64,000 bases of DNA, from assembly GCF_006345805.1 (NCBI RefSeq), contig NC_043019.1, positions 19,157,360-19,221,359 on the forward strand. The letters are read 5' to 3'. The translations under genes were made by a program, and so were the position numbers. Numbering within the stretch: position 1 is the stretch's first letter; each line of letters starts with the position of its first letter. The DNA comes from Octopus sinensis. Lineage: Eukaryota. This document shows positions 63,325 through 64,000 of this stretch, in pieces. The notes under the pieces were generated by a model. That model was given only the letters and a program-made list of their open reading frames with translations, was not told where the DNA came from and did no database searches.

Positions 63325-64000
63325 TGGGAACCTTTAATTAGAAACCCATGACTATAAAAACAAGGTTTAAAGTTTATAATTTTCGTAATGTAATTGTCTT
63401 CTAGAGCAATAATATAGTAAATATAAATATTTTTTTCGTGTTAACATGCTGTAGGCAGGTTGGTGTACATGAGTTCAATCCCTGCATGAGTCAAGCTGGA
63501 TATAAATGGTTGAAGGGTATTACCCTAGCATTATCACAGTTGTAAGAAGAATATCTTTAGTCAGGATTTAATAATGGATCCAGTTCCAAATTCCATGAAC
63601 ATTATTAGGTATAAACAGCCACTTGAAGAAGACTGGTGTACACAAGAGTAAAAAGATTGTGACTCTAACAACTAAGTCCAAATATATCAGAGTACAAAAT
63701 AATACTTTCTGATTTCAGCACAAAGCCAGCAATATTAAGAAGAGGTGACAATCAATCACGTCAAAGTACTTCATCTCTACAGTGTTTTGTCATCCCTGAA
63801 AGAATTGAAAATAAAACTGAACTGAGCAGGATTTGAACTCAGAGTCCAGAGAGTCAGAACGAATGCAACAGAACATTTTATTCAATGTTCTAAAGACTCT
63901 GCTAATCCACCACTCTGCTAATCCACCACCCTGCTAATCCACCAACCTGTATATCAGAATACAATAATGATAATCCTTCATCTTAGAAATTAAATTCACA

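Overview
AT-rich, repeat-dense animal genomic DNA. The SINE/LINE repertoire looks most like an octopod cephalopod; this is an inference from recalled repeat families, not a database match. One real protein-coding gene is supported on the + strand. It has at least 7 coding exons between 15206 and 60840, every junction is phase 1, and the gene continues past the last exon found. It encodes an unrecognised, probably disordered protein: an N-terminal amphipathic helix followed by six [G/S/K]-[V/T]-Q-[T/Y] motifs resembling dynein light chain LC8 sites. The last three exons are a ~397-bp tandem triplication. A possible divergent minus-strand first exon lies near 8051, with a CpG-richer promoter-like zone at about 7.9-10.6 kb. 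The introns hold many transposon remnants: mariner, Tigger/pogo, MULE, hAT, piggyBac MITE, RTE (one family with a PHD finger inside the RT, one with C-terminal C2H2 fingers), R4/Dong, CRE, CR1, Tx1 and tRNA-derived SINEs. Two structures stand out: a 148-bp-arm palindrome split at its apex by a 3.4-kb nested insertion with a 16-bp duplication, and a 3.57-kb (CA)n/CATG satellite that alternates purine and pyrimidine almost throughout. Boundaries of degraded transposons are approximate (about +/-30 bp); exon and palindrome coordinates were counted by hand. The long ORFs in the supplied track at 39-43 kb are repeat artefacts.
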